A stretch of 64,000 nucleotides of DNA from Octopus vulgaris (lineage: Eukaryota): the NCBI GenBank assembly GCA_951406725.2, contig OX597818.1:13330001-13394000 (forward strand), given 5' to 3'. Below, piece by piece: positions 27,713-41,677 of this stretch (its first letter is position 1; each line of letters begins with the position of its first letter). The position numbers and the translations under genes were made by a program. The notes beneath the pieces are model-generated. The model made no database searches. It worked only from the letters and a program-made list of their open reading frames with translations, and was not told the origin of the DNA.

Positions 27713-27751
<39 letters not shown>

Positions 27752-27870
27752 AAATGAAATAAATGAAAGACAGGACACAAAGGATGTTGCGGTACATATG
27801 TTTCGGGCTTTATAGAACAACTTATTCTTACATCAATGCATAATCGACATAACAGATAGTTCAATAACAG
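27752..27870 (-). mobile_element. Diverged partial copy of the 8523-8972 hammerhead family
   Basis: ACACAAAGGATGTTGCGGTACATATGTTTCGGGCTTTATA aligns to 8550-8589; only the 3' half of the HHR remains. Confidence 0.7.
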
Positions 27871-28045
27871 ATAGCATGCAATAATAAAGACTTGTATCAC
27901 ATTGTGAAAGGTTTGAGAAAAAACATTTGGCATTGTTTAAAATGGTAGGTAAAACGAGTATCACTGGGAAAGTATGTTTGTAAATCTTCATAGGCGTACA
28001 TGGTATTATTAGACTCTAAAACAAATCGTCTATGTCGTTTTCTCA

Positions 28046-28107
<62 letters not shown>

Positions 28108-28119
28108 TATAATATAATC

Positions 28120-30562
28120 TAATACAAGTAGAGAAGTATAGGAAATCAATAATCTCAAGGAGGATGACAACATAATTATAAAAGAAGCCGACTAACGAAG
28201 TGCTGCAGTAACCACAGACTCAGAAAAATACATACACACTACACTAACCCTCTCTCAAGAAAAAAATCATCAACTACAGTTAATCCAAGATAATGACCAA
28301 TATGATAATAACCACTATGTCTATACTTATCCACCAATTCCAACAATGTCTAACAAAAAAGGAGATAGATTACTTGACTAGATTTAACTGCAAAATCGGT
28401 AACTTCTATGAACTTCCCAAAATCCATAAAAGTGATGTCATAAACGAAGCCTGTAACAGCTCAACTTCTATAGACATAAGTATTCCACCCGAGAGATCTC
28501 AAAATGAGACCAATTGTAGCCGATCCTCGTGTGAGACACACAGAGTCAGTAATTTTATTGACTCCTCCTTAAACCTATTCTCCAAAATATACCGTTTATA
28601 GAGGACGATCTGAACTTTTTAAACCATCTCCCGAACATAACCAGCAAGGACTCCCCCCTGGTTTCATTTGGTTTTATAAACCTCCACACCTCTATTACTC
28701 ACGAATAGAGAATAATAGCGATACAATACTGGCTGGAGAAATTCCCAACTGACATTCCTGACCGAATTGGAAAATAATTCATCGTTGAAGGAATACGATT
28801 CATCTTACAGAACAAATTCTTCAATGTCAACGATGACACTTGTAGGCAGCTGCGGGCACGGTGATGGGAACGAGGGTAGCCCCTACTTTTACCAAACTTG
28901 TCATGGCATATTGGAAGACCCAATATACGAACACGCTAGATTGAAATTTTGAGACATCTTCAAGAAATACTCACTAATTGGAAACGCTATCTCGATGACT
29001 GTTTCATCCTTGTGGTCGCATAAACTTGAACAACTCTCAAAATTTAAAAAGCTTTATCAACAGCATTAACCAGAGTATCCAGTTGACAATGTAATACAAC
29101 CACAAACAACTACCATTCCAGGACAGCTTAATGGTAATGTGAGATACTGAAGTTGAAACCGACGTCTTCTTCAAAACAATATCTTCTATTCTCCTTTTGC
29201 CATTCTAAACAGGAAAATAAATATACTGTTCAACTTAGCGAGGAGAATTTGCATGATTGCATCAAATCCTGAAACCCGAGAAAAATGACTCCAAGAACTT
29301 AAAAAACACATTACTGAATAGAAAATACCCATCCAGTCTAATCGAAAATGGAATAGACCGTGTAAAAACGATAGACATCCAAGAGTTACGGAAAACAAGA
29401 AAACACCTTGTCACACTTAAAACTCTTACGTAGCAACACACAATCCAAGAAGCATGGAAGCATACAACATCATCCACCGTGAATTAGGGTTATTAAAAGC
29501 AAGAGACAACACCAATCCCTTAGAAATTACTCACCAGCGCCTAATTAACCACCAAAAATACAACCGCACAAGTCAGAAAGAGCAACGGCCCTAACTGCGG
29601 AACTTGCATATTCTTCTTGGAGAGCACAACATAGAAATTTAAGTCAAACTTTTCCCATAAAATATGACTTCATATGTGCTTCGAAGAACTTAATCTATGT
29701 TATCCAATGTGGAGGTTGTGGTGGGGACGACATAGGTCAAACAAGCTTAACATTGAGGGATAGACTTACGGTGCACAGGAAACAAATCCGGGATGCCACC
29801 ACAAGGAAACTTCCCGTAAGCAAGAACCTACACCAATGCCCCGTATACAGAAACCCTAAATACCAAATGTTCTCTCTCTATCAATGCACTGGAATCACTT
29901 CAACCCAATTCCATTAAGATAAGGAAAACCTATTGATTAAAAAATATAAACCACAGATGAATATCTTTTAGAAAGAAGAAAGAGCAGTAAAAAGAAAAGA
30001 AAATGGGCTCAATTTCTCCATAAAAAACAACAACCAGGAACAAAAAGAATTTTTAAAAATCGTTAGTAACAATCTTCCACCCAGGTTCCGAAACCACAGC
30101 TCTATATCTCCATACGAACACCAGTTTCCGATGTATATATATATATATAATTTAAAGAACATATTTATATTTAAAAATATTTTTACGTATATTTATTTTA
30201 TTATTGTAGTTATCTTTAACCTGATGAGTGGCTATATTTATATTGAAGTGATTTTACTACTACTAATATTTTTACTATAATCAATGCTTAAATATCGCCA
30301 CGAAACACCTGTCTTTTTTCTACCAAATATATACGTTTTTATTTATTATTTTGCACATTAATTAATCATCGTTATATTTTTTATCTTATATTTAATTTTT
30401 CTATAATATGTAATTTTCTAGATGATGTAATTTAATGTTTCATTATTGAATTGATAAACTCTGATGTTCTCTGATTTATATATATATATATATTATATTC
30501 TGTGAAATTTGATTTAGTATTTCTAAATTGAATTTTTTCCTGTAAGTTTAGAATAATATTCC

Positions 30563-30567
<5 letters not shown>
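28120..30567 (+). mobile_element. Decayed Penelope-like element: RT, GIY-YIG and 3' pseudo-LTR, between (TA)n runs
   Basis: DDNIIIKEAD, FYELPKIHK, MRPIVA, GTVMGT, WKRYLDDCF, then CASKNLIYVIQCGGCG..IGQT..LRDRLTVH; many stops. Confidence 0.92.
30216..30318 (+). ncRNA. Hammerhead motif in the Penelope 3' pLTR (stem I decayed)
   Basis: CUGAUGA GUGGC...GCCAC GAAAC ACCU GUC. Confidence 0.75.
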
Positions 30568-30611
<44 letters not shown>

Positions 30612-30814
30612 GTAAGTGCATGTGGATTGTTGGCAATGCTTTCTTCCGTCTTCCTTTTCATTTGAACTTTCTTCTCTCTCTTGTTTCCGTAGATGAGGTT
30701 TGCTCGAAATGCTTTTCTTTCCTTCCTTGAGCGTCTTATTAATACGTTGCATGTACCAAGTTCTTGCGTTTTTTGTTTGTATTCTACTCTTTATTTTTGA
30801 ATTAATTATATATA

Positions 30815-30914
<100 letters not shown>

Positions 30915-31493
30915 ATTTGTGTGTATATATGGTGATCGAGAGACAGATACCGACACCTAAAGTAGATATAGATCTATGAGATATGTGTATAGTAAATGTC
31001 ATTAAAAACAATGCCTGCTAGTTTCTGTTATTTATTGAATAGTCTTAGTAAATTAAATAACGAGGAGAATGTGTACACCATAAATTGTCTGTTATTTTCT
31101 TGCTAGAAAGAGAGTAAATAATGTAGAATATTAGACTATATTTAGTTCAGAATAAAAAATGAATACAACAAAAGAGATTAATTGTATATCTGGCAAAGAT
31201 TCAGCCAGTTGATTACATGTTTGAGAAGTTCTGAAAAATATCAGCTTCAGCCAATTTATCATCGCATTTATGTTTTCTTACTATATTTGCTTTCCATGTA
31301 TCTACGAAGGACTTTCTTCGAATTGTGTCTCATTTACAATGAATCTCTATAAAAGATTTTCAATGTAATGTCATTTGTGAAAAAAGAAAAGAAAAAAGGA
31401 ACGCACTGTGATTGGTTGGTTGGCTGAATTTCCATCTTTAACAAGGAAGTGAAACATGTCAGATTTTACAATTTTGTTGTAAGCTGTTCTATA

Positions 31494-31755
31494 TTTAATA
31501 GATGAGGAATTATGTACGTTATTTACATTATTTACATTTGACAGATATTTGTCACTATCTTCTTTGCTGTTAACGCAAAGTTTCGGCTGATATACCCTCC
31601 ATCCCTCATCAGGTGTCTTGGGTAAATTTCGAACCTGGGTTCTCATTCCTAACGTATTTTCGATTTTCTTGTGGTTGTTGTTGTTGTTGTTGTTGTTGTT
31701 GTTCTTCTTCTTCTTCTTCTTCTTCTTCTTCTTCTTCTTCTTCTTCTTCTTCACC

Positions 31756-31793
<38 letters not shown>

Positions 31794-31960
31794 ATTATGA
31801 TTATTATTATTATTATTACTCCGTCACTGCCTAGAATCGAACTCGGAATCGTGCATAAGGCGTAGTGGTTAAGAGCATGGGCTAATAACCTCAATATTCC
31901 GAGTTTGATTACAGACATGACCTGAATAATAATATTAATAATGATAATGATGATAATAAA

Positions 31961-32052
<92 letters not shown>

Positions 32053-32205
32053 CAACAAAAACAGCAATATCGAAAAAAGCTTAGCAATGAGAACCCAGGT
32101 TCGAAATTTCACCTAGACACCCGACGAAGGCTGGAAGGTTTATCAGCCAAAACGCGTTAACAACAAAAAGATGAGGTTAAATACCCGCCAAATTTCAATG
32201 ATGTA
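31494..32205. mobile_element. Inverted pair of a pLTR-like repeat with degenerate minimal hammerheads, separated by trinucleotide microsatellites
   Basis: 31494-31666 (-) matches 32068-32205 (+); the composite reads ACAC CUGAUGA aGGCUG..CAGCC GAAAC. Confidence 0.7.
31673..32060. repeat. Compound (TTG)n(TTC)n(TTA)n and (AAT)n microsatellites with short tRNA-like fragments
   Basis: Direct reading. Confidence 0.92.
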
Positions 32206-32336
32206 AGTAATGTTGTTGTAGGCTGTTAATCAACAATTCACTGGTATATTGTCTTGATAGAGATCATATTCTGTGTACTCTAGTGCTTCAGAATGTCATG
32301 TTATAAAATCCAGTAAACATAGCAGTGAAGAAAAAT

Positions 32337-32371
32337 AAGAGGAAAATAAGAAGAAATAACAACAACAAAAG

Positions 32372-32464
<93 letters not shown>

Positions 32465-32480
32465 TAATAATAATAATAAC

Positions 32481-32552
<72 letters not shown>

Positions 32553-32582
32553 TAAAATTTTAATAATAATAATAATAAAATA
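32337..32582. repeat. (AAT)n microsatellite
   Basis: Direct reading. Confidence 0.97.
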
Positions 32583-33084
32583 ACTTCTGATCTTAACTGA
32601 TTGGAAGTGTTATCATGTACATTGTGTTTTCTTGGTATAAAGGATAGGCTACATCAAATATTCTGCTCGATACGACAGATTTGCTTGTCAGTTGTTTCAC
32701 CTTAACCTGTTGACCATGTCACTTAGTGACTGACGATATATGCATCTCTGATCATGAGCGAAAGTAGTTGCGGGAGGGGAGCATCTTAGGTGTGTGGTAA
32801 AAGGAATTCTTTGAGGTTTGGATAATTCACCATTGGAAACATGGGTCCTTCGATGAACATCATTAAACAACTCTTATTCAAGGACCTTTTGAGCGGGATG
32901 GGTTACTCCATGCGCTGTTTATCTTGAATTGAGATCACTATGTTACGCACATATGGTTATGATGCATGTGCCTCGTGTACCCTTGTCAGACGGGTAGTCA
33001 TGCTGGGCATACTGGGTTTCGTGTATTTAACTCCAGTGTCACTTTGATGGCATACACTGGTCTCTCACTCAGTAATAATAATAA

Positions 33085-33285
33085 TACTTTTTACTGGAGG
33101 CAGAAGGCGTCAAATTAATGGGGTCGGATCTAGTCGATTATATCAAGCCCAGTGTTTCACTGGTACTCAACTTATCGAGCCCAGAAGGATGAAAGGCAAG
33201 TCGACCTCGGCGGAATTTGAACTCAGAACGTAAAAACAGAGGAAATACCGCTGGTTTGGTAACGATTCTGCCAGCTAGCCACGTT
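33085..33285 (-). mobile_element. Meta-core SINE
   Basis: GAAGGATGAAAGGCAAGTCGACCTCGGCGGAATTTGAACTCAGAACG is the reverse complement of the SINE core and B box. Confidence 0.88.
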
Positions 33286-33292
33286 AAAATGT

Positions 33293-33580
<288 letters not shown>

Positions 33581-34754
33581 GAAGATGATGACGTTGATGA
33601 TAAGGAAAACGATAACAACGATGTGGAAGATGATGATGATAATGTTGGTGGAAGTTTCATGTGAGAATTGCTTCTATTCTTTTATTTAGGTAATAGAACC
33701 ATATGGGAAATGTATTTTTTTTAACTTGTGATGGAAATTAGTAATTAGTATCATTTTATATTTAATCGACAATCTCTACAATTCTTCAAACCGTCGCACT
33801 TTAGAATATTATGCATTTTTCTAGCAGAGAAGGAATGCATTGCCTTATAAGAGAACTAAATGAATTGTGAAGTAAGCAGAAGAAAATATAATATTACTTT
33901 ATGCTGAGAAGGAGTAAGAGGATGAACTATGGTAACTGCTACATGCAATTTAGTTTAAACTAAAAGGTTTAGCCGTATTTAATTATTTTACTGCTAAAGC
34001 CTAGAGCTGTTGATCATAGCCGAAATTGAATATGAAAATCATATTTTATGCAATTCGCTTTCAGTTACACAAATATGCACGAAAACTATATTTTTCAAAA
34101 TCAAGGGAGATAAAAATGATATTTTCGAACGTCTTATTTTGCCATATAAAATAATTGCATAATCAGTTTCGTATTTTATTCTAAGGTATGAGGAATACTA
34201 TCATTTTAAATCATTTCTCTATCGGTCTGTCTCCCTCTCCCGCTCTCTCTCTACCTCTCTCCCTCTCTTCCTCCTCTCTCTCTACCCCCCCTGCTCTCTC
34301 TCCCTCTCTCTGGAAAAGCAATATACGAAGCCTTGTTTATCTACCTTTTTTTAGTTTGTCTGAACTGATGAACGGCACTGAAATTCTTGTGCCTGTATTG
34401 CAAATGCATTAGATAATGAAACAAACAGTCTTCATATTTATAAATGTTAACAATATGCCAAAAAAGATAGATATATAAATTCTTACTTCTTGGTAAGAAA
34501 TTGAAATCAGAAAAATAAAAAGGAAATTAACCACGTTCTTTTGTCACATAGCCACCTACAGAAAAGGTTTCATTGGTATGACGTTAGCGCAAATACTAGT
34601 TGGGATACTAATTTCTTGGCTTTTTCCTGAGTTGCTCAACTTTAGGTCACAATAAGAATCACACACGGTGGATAAAAATAAAGTTAAGAAAAACATATTC
34701 CAAAATATCTTTGAAATATTTAAACGCAATATCAAAATATTTCTTTCTAAAGAA

Positions 34755-34846
<92 letters not shown>

Positions 34847-34993
34847 ACTCTCAAGAGTCGAGACTATTGAAAAGGTTGCAAGACGGAACGAAAATTTCAA
34901 AAAATAAAAGTAAAAATAAGTGGAATTTTTACCGGTGAGTCTGTTAAATTATAAGACACAAAAAGAAAATTACTCTCGCCAGACACAACTGTG

Positions 34994-35077
<84 letters not shown>

Positions 35078-37113
35078 GTGTGTATGTGTGTGTGTAAGTA
35101 ATTTTGGGTGAATACTGAAAAACCTATTTCAACGTTCTTTTGTTCTTTTCGTTTTTTCTAATTTTCAGACCAAATGTACTGGCATAAAAATTCCGTACCC
35201 AAATCGGAGAAGATTGTAGGAATACCTGCTATTGTTCAATGTTCTCAAACTTGATTTCGTGCTTTTTAGTTTTATTTTATAACCCACCACTGATTTTCCT
35301 TTTCATGAGATCAGTCGCTCTCTTTAAGATAGAAGACCCCAATTCATTGAGATATTGCTCGATGACATCCCTATAGAGAATTTTATTAATTCCCTTCTTG
35401 GTCTTCCACACTTCAACTCACCGTGGAACACAGCATCAGTTTCCTCGTATCCTCCGTTCGGCTCACATGCTGTAATCCATTTCTTGTACATCATACTTTT
35501 GAAATCCTTGGAGGTAAACTATTTCCGATTACCAATAACTTGCATTTATATGTTCCTAAAAGATTAGAGTCGCCCAAGAAATTGACACGACATTTCGTTA
35601 TTAGATACTTTGTTCGTAATGCTGCACGTCTCTCAGATATCTAATGCAAGTCAGTATCAACAGAATTGTGGAAGGTTGAAACTTAGTGATAAACCGAGCA
35701 ACGTAATAACGACTGTATCACAATGCGTACTTCTCAATCTCAAACGACTGTAGTTAAATATGAAATGTATCAGTTATAAAGAAAAGAAGTGTCAAAATAT
35801 AATGGTTGTAAAAGTATGGCACTTCAAGTTGATTGCCATTTTTATACAGAATCAGATTCATTACATATTTGATTGTACCAGAAAGAGAGTGAGAGAGACA
35901 AAGGGAAATAGAGGGTGAGAGATATTCCAGTTTTTCATATTAGCAACAGTGAGGATGTTATCAAGTATCCTGTTATAAATAAATAATGTTTTCCCCATCC
36001 TTCTCAAACAGGATATTCTAGTTTCGACACAAAGAAGAATCGACTAGACGCATTTGGCTTATATTGCCTCAAGGAACCGTGGGAATCAAGCAGAAATGTG
36101 ATTCTGATACTCTCATGCAATTGCAATATAAAATAACACACTCACGCAGACGCATACGTACATATATGCATAAATATGCACGAACTAAAATATATAGATA
36201 CACACATAGATACAAAAACACCTGCATTCAAGCACGACTATCTTATCTCAGAGATAGAGCTTTATTATTGATTTTCATACATTGTGATCTTCCCCTTATA
36301 GGAGGTTAAGGCATTACGTTTGGGAAAATACCTGGATAGTTAATTCCTCAATAAACCAAACATGAATGTTCTTTATCACACCTTATTAAATTAAATGTAA
36401 ATTGTGTTTTCACTTTGGTACATCGAGATTTTTAGGAGATATTACTGCTATTATTAGTAAAACATTATACACCTTAGATGTTAATTTCGTTTTTGTTCTT
36501 CAGCCTGAGTTTAGTATTAACTGCTGAAATCTAAACAAATGATTATAAGCCTGATTATCCTGACTCATGTACTACAGAAACTACTTTTTACTTTTTAAAC
36601 TGTGTAGTGAGTCATTTAAAGAAGATTCGTCTCTCCATTTCTTGCTGTTCCATAACAGCTCAGTGTATCTGCTTTTGTGGAAGTAAAGCGTGATCGAGCT
36701 GATCTGTAACGAAATGATTTCCACCCGTGATAATCGCATTTGTCTTCTATGGGTTGTGCTATATTCCCCAGTTTATGCAATGTTTTCCAAGTCTTCCAGA
36801 ATAGGGACGGAATTATCCACTTGGTCCTTCCAATGTTGATTTGGATTCTATTTCTAGTGGCGTTAAAAACTTAGGTACGTGTGATTTTGTACAATCCGAT
36901 TCTGATCTGGCAGAGCTATGATTTAAAATGCCTTTAGTAAGTTATGACTACATGATTCGGTGTGTTCTTCCTCTCTTGAAAGATTTCTTGAGAATAATAT
37001 ACGTGAACTTCCGTTAGTATATCTAACAGTTCGAGCATACGACACACTCACACATACATGCAGAGATATACGCGCGCTCATACACACACACAGGCACAGA
37101 CACACACACATGA

Positions 37114-37163
<50 letters not shown>

Positions 37164-38149
37164 TTACTAAGAGAGGGAGAGAGACAAATACATGACAATA
37201 GAATATTTCAAATGCAAACTTTCGATGTCTAAAAGCAAACAGTTATCCATTTTTCTAAGCTCAAGCATACGAACACATGCTAACAAACAAATAAATCCTC
37301 AGCTTAAAAAGCAACTGAATGACAATTGTCATCCTCAATATTTGTAGAAATAAGAAAAGAAATAATGTCTATATTCTGTATACTCGAACAACAAATACTT
37401 TTGTTTGTTCTTGCACAAAGAAGTTCTTTTGCAAAACAACTCTCAACCACGAATTGTATTCTTCTATTTTAACACACTAAGAAAATACACTTCTCTCCGG
37501 ATAATTTCATACAGGAAAACTATAAAGTCGTAAATCAATAAATAAATCGAAGTATGTCATTTCACGGATATCACTACATAATGCCATATCAGTATGGACA
37601 ATTCCGATGTCTAGAATTCACGTAACGGGAATAAATTGACTATGCTTGATTGGCTTTCTCTAATGTAGGCACACATGTAACTTGTTTAAGTGTTTCTTCA
37701 ACAAATTATTTTATTACTCTTTTCATCGATCGATCAACAACTGACACGAAAATCAAACTAAAACAAGCAAACAAAAAATGGTTTATGACATGAAAATGAC
37801 CTATTTATTCAAGGTGTTCTTTTTATGGGACGACATTTTCATCCGCCTATATATTCACCAATACATCAAACTTTACAGTGGTAGCAAAAATATACAAGCT
37901 ATATTGAGTGTTTCAATGAGCATGATGTTTCTGATGCCGTTTATCCTGGTTGAGATAAATCCACAAAATATCCACCTTGCCATAACTATCAGTACCCTCA
38001 GTGAACTGCCACCATGAGACCATCTTCCAATTCCTCTCTAGTATGACTTTTGTATTGGTAGGAACTACCTAACACAGCTTCTGAATCGCTTTGGTGATAT
38101 TTTAAATATCTATTATTTAGGAGTGTGTTCCGACATAGATAAATTTAAA

Positions 38150-39200
38150 GAATTTTTGATAGGGGGATTAGATAAAAACACGGACACTTAAATACCGAAC
38201 AACATACTTTTCGCAGTGGCAGAAAATGCAGGATGCTTCAAAGAACTTCTATACCTCTTTTTATAAGGAGGTATATAAGCCACATAAATTATGAAATGAA
38301 TCCAAAGAATTGAAACTTTTATAAACCTTCGAATGAAATAAAGAAGCTTACAATTGACTGAATTAAACAAAAATATTATCAATTTAACAAACAGTCTCGA
38401 TCAACCACAGCAAACCGGCCATATCAAACGAATTCACTCACTTTTGATCTAAGCAAGACCTTGAACAAATGCCACCGCGATCATCTATCAAAATCTACTT
38501 CATTACACCTAATTTAGGATCTATAATTGCTCCCTTTAATAGACACAAATTGCATCAGCTATTCCTGGACATTACAATCTATCCCACAAACCCACACAAC
38601 TCACCAAGTTGCAATAATTCACCTCATAGCTATTCCACTCAGAAATGCCAACCTTAATGTTACTGCCCATAACACTGTCCATATGAGCACATGTAGCAGC
38701 GGTCATACCGTCTCAAAAACCGACACTGATATTGATAATACCTCTCGCTCCTCCTTCTTGGTAACGGGCTATTCGGACCTGATCATCCCAGCGATCAATT
38801 GCATGCAGAAAACCTGTAATTGGTGTGTGACCCAATCCAGCTCTCTTGGAGGTTTCTGTCTATACAAAAATGTTGTCTACAAATATCGAGTAGTAACACC
38901 ATGTTCCCACCAAGGATGGGTTTAAATCGGTGGCACTATTGATTTCAAGCGTCACTTTCGAGTACACACGCACACTTTCTCCAATCCAACTTCTAAATTA
39001 CCTACTCTTTCAGCAACTTTTATACACACCCTCAAATTCCAAAACATTCCCTATACTCTATCCTGGCCTATCGTCAGTGAGGCTTCCCTTTACAACACTA
39101 AACCTGGCTTTTTAAAACCGCATTGAAAGGTATCTCTCAGCATCCTTCGTAACAACTTAATAAATTCACAGATGCAATATGTTCATGTTAATTCAGGCTG
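38150..39200 (+). mobile_element. Highly decayed Penelope-like fragment
   Basis: CNWC....SLGGFCLYKNVVYK matches the CNC..CPLxGxC..NVVY motif that precedes PLE GIY-YIG domains. Boundaries are approximate. Confidence 0.5.
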
Positions 39201-40266
39201 TATTTATCGTTTGTCTATTTTCTTCAATCTATGTAATTTCCTTATAACGAATAACCTTAATTATAATCAACCTTAAATTACAATATAATGCACTAATAAC
39301 ATAAAGCTTTCTAGTAAATATTTATTCTTAATATTACCTTTGCAAATTCATTCTACTCAGTACATCCTCCCTTGCAGCCATCCCATCCTCATTTCTTGGC
39401 CCATTTTCTTGCCTCTTGAACTAAAACTACTTAGTTCCAATTACCACTACCATCGCTACCTATATATCTATTCCTCTCACCCTCTCTGTTCACTTCCCTT
39501 TATTTACTTTCAATCACTTCTACATACCTCAGGTCTCTCTCTGCCATCAATCCACCTTCATTCTTTAAATTACCTCTTCGCTGGTATACTTAGAGAATTT
39601 AACTGAATTCTTTCCCCCTCTTAATACTCATTCCTCCCTGGTGTCACTATCTCAGCTTCCCTTAATTCTATAGCCTCAGCGTACTAAATTTTAACATCTA
39701 TTCATAAACCCCAAAAAGTCGACCTTCCTTCAAATATCACCTGTACTACTCATCCAATTTATATTCCAATTTACCACTGCCATTACTAATTCTCTCACTA
39801 ACTTGTTCATTCATCACTTCCATCTTCTTGATCTAACTCTCTTATCTCTCCCTTTCCTTGCTCTAACACACCCCGCACTCCCATTGAGTCACCTTCCACT
39901 CCTAACATTGTTTGTTGCTTGTCCTCCACTGCACCCATTCTACCATTAAATTTCACTGCATTATAACCTGATACCTCAGGTTCTTATTTCTTCAACATTA
40001 AGGACGAGGCTAAGTTTTTCCAATATTTGTTTGCTTCCATTATTTGTTGGAACTTTTGGTGAACTACGTCTGCCAAAATTGTGAATTAACTCCAGGCTCT
40101 CAGAATCTGCGCTGTCGGACATGTGACACTCATACCTTCTTCCATCTAATTTTGGAGTGTCTGTAATCTAGGTTAGTTCGCTCTTTAATATATAAATATA
40201 TATACATATTTATACTTGATCTGAAACTTCACAGTCGTTGCCTTTTCCTTATTTATATGTATACAC

Positions 40267-40317
<51 letters not shown>

Positions 40318-40530
40318 TGAACAAGAAGGGTAGTAATATTATTTACTACCAGGTGCCCAGCACAAAAGACGAATTAGTCATAAGACAAAAATATTATTCA
40401 TATAGAAAAATATTATTCATGTAGTTATACAATTAAGGGCGTCTAAATTAAGATGCCGAGTGCTGGGAACACAAAAAAAGGGGATGAATTTATCGAGAGT
40501 GAAAAACAAAAACGTTTATCGATAACTTTA

Positions 40531-40604
40531 ACTCGAACCGCGGTTTCTGCTTCTTTCTAGCAAAACACAAGATATGTTTGCTAAGGCTAGCTTCATCAGC
40601 GAGT
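40531..40604 (-). ncRNA. Type I hammerhead ribozyme (array copy 1)
   Basis: ACUCG CUGAUGA aGCU...AGCa GAAAC CGCG GUU^CGAGU; A-A mismatch at the base of stem II. Confidence 0.82.
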
Positions 40605-40984
40605 CGCCTTAATTTAATCGAGGTCTGCAGCGATGTGAGACCATGTGTTGATCTCGAACTACTAGCAGATCTTAACTTTTCAAATCTCTGCGCAGACGCA
40701 AAATTTATACGGCAGTATAGGGCATGCCGGGAAGAATTTTACGAATAAATTCATCATGTAATATGTGAATATGAACAAGAAGGGTAGTAATATTATTTAC
40801 TACCAGGTGCCCAGCACAAAAGACGAATTAGTCATAAGACAAAAATATTATTCATATAGAAAAATATTATTCATGTAGTTATACAATTAAGGGCTCCTAA
40901 ATTAAGATGCCGAGTGCTGGGAACACAAAAAAAGGGGATGAATTTATCGAGAGTGAAAAACAAAAACGTTTACCGATAACTTTA

Positions 40985-41058
40985 ACTCGAACCGCGGTTT
41001 CTGCTTCTTTCTAGCAAAACACAAGATATGTTTGCTAAGGCTAGCTTCATCAGCGAGT
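40985..41058 (-). ncRNA. Type I hammerhead ribozyme (array copy 2)
   Basis: Identical to 40531-40604. Confidence 0.82.
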
Positions 41059-41434
41059 CGCCTTAATTTAATCGAGGTCTGCAGCGATGTGAGACCATGT
41101 GTTGATCTCGAACTACTAGCAGATCTTAACTTTTCAAATCTCTGCGCAGACGCAAAATTTATACGGCAGTATAGGGCATGCCGGGAAGAATTTTACGAAT
41201 AAATTCATCATGTAATATGTGAATATGAACAAGAAGGGTAGTAATATTATTTACTACCAGGTACCCAGCACAAAAGACGAATTAGTCATAAGACAAAAAT
41301 ATTATTCATATAGAAAAATATTATTCATGTAGTTATACAAATAAGGGCTCCTAAATTAAGATGCCGAGTGCTGGGAACATTCACGTAATAGATATATTAC
41401 GTGAATATTTTTTTTGTGTTCCCAGCACTCGGCA

Positions 41435-41480
<46 letters not shown>

Positions 41481-41488
41481 CATATTTA

Positions 41489-41677
41489 CTGCATTATCCG
41501 ATTCTAGGTTTTCCATTTTTCAGATGTTCTTCCTAGAGGCAAGACAAATTTTTTTCATGTTTGTTGCACACACGCGTCTTTGCTAGTATATACGCAGTGA
41601 AGCTATCCAATAGCGTCGTATTTATTACGATTGCTATTTTCTAGTAAATATCGGTGCCTCGTTTTACCATTTATTTA

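Larger units (their letters stand above)
40314..41379 (-). repeat. Retrozyme-like tandem array: 454-bp unit, about 2.35 copies, one hammerhead per unit
   Basis: Unit starts at 40314, 40768 and 41222; copies are nearly identical; flanked by (TA)n. Confidence 0.93.

Noticed and set aside
30685-30715. TAGATGAG..CTCGAAATG
   Set aside because: Incomplete core and no stem I or stem III.
34366-34395. CTGATGA...GAAA
   Set aside because: No paired stems; a chance match.
40314-41379. CRISPR array or LTR interpretation of the tandem repeats
   Set aside because: Eukaryotic context, contiguous long units without spacers, and no TG..CA ends or PBS.
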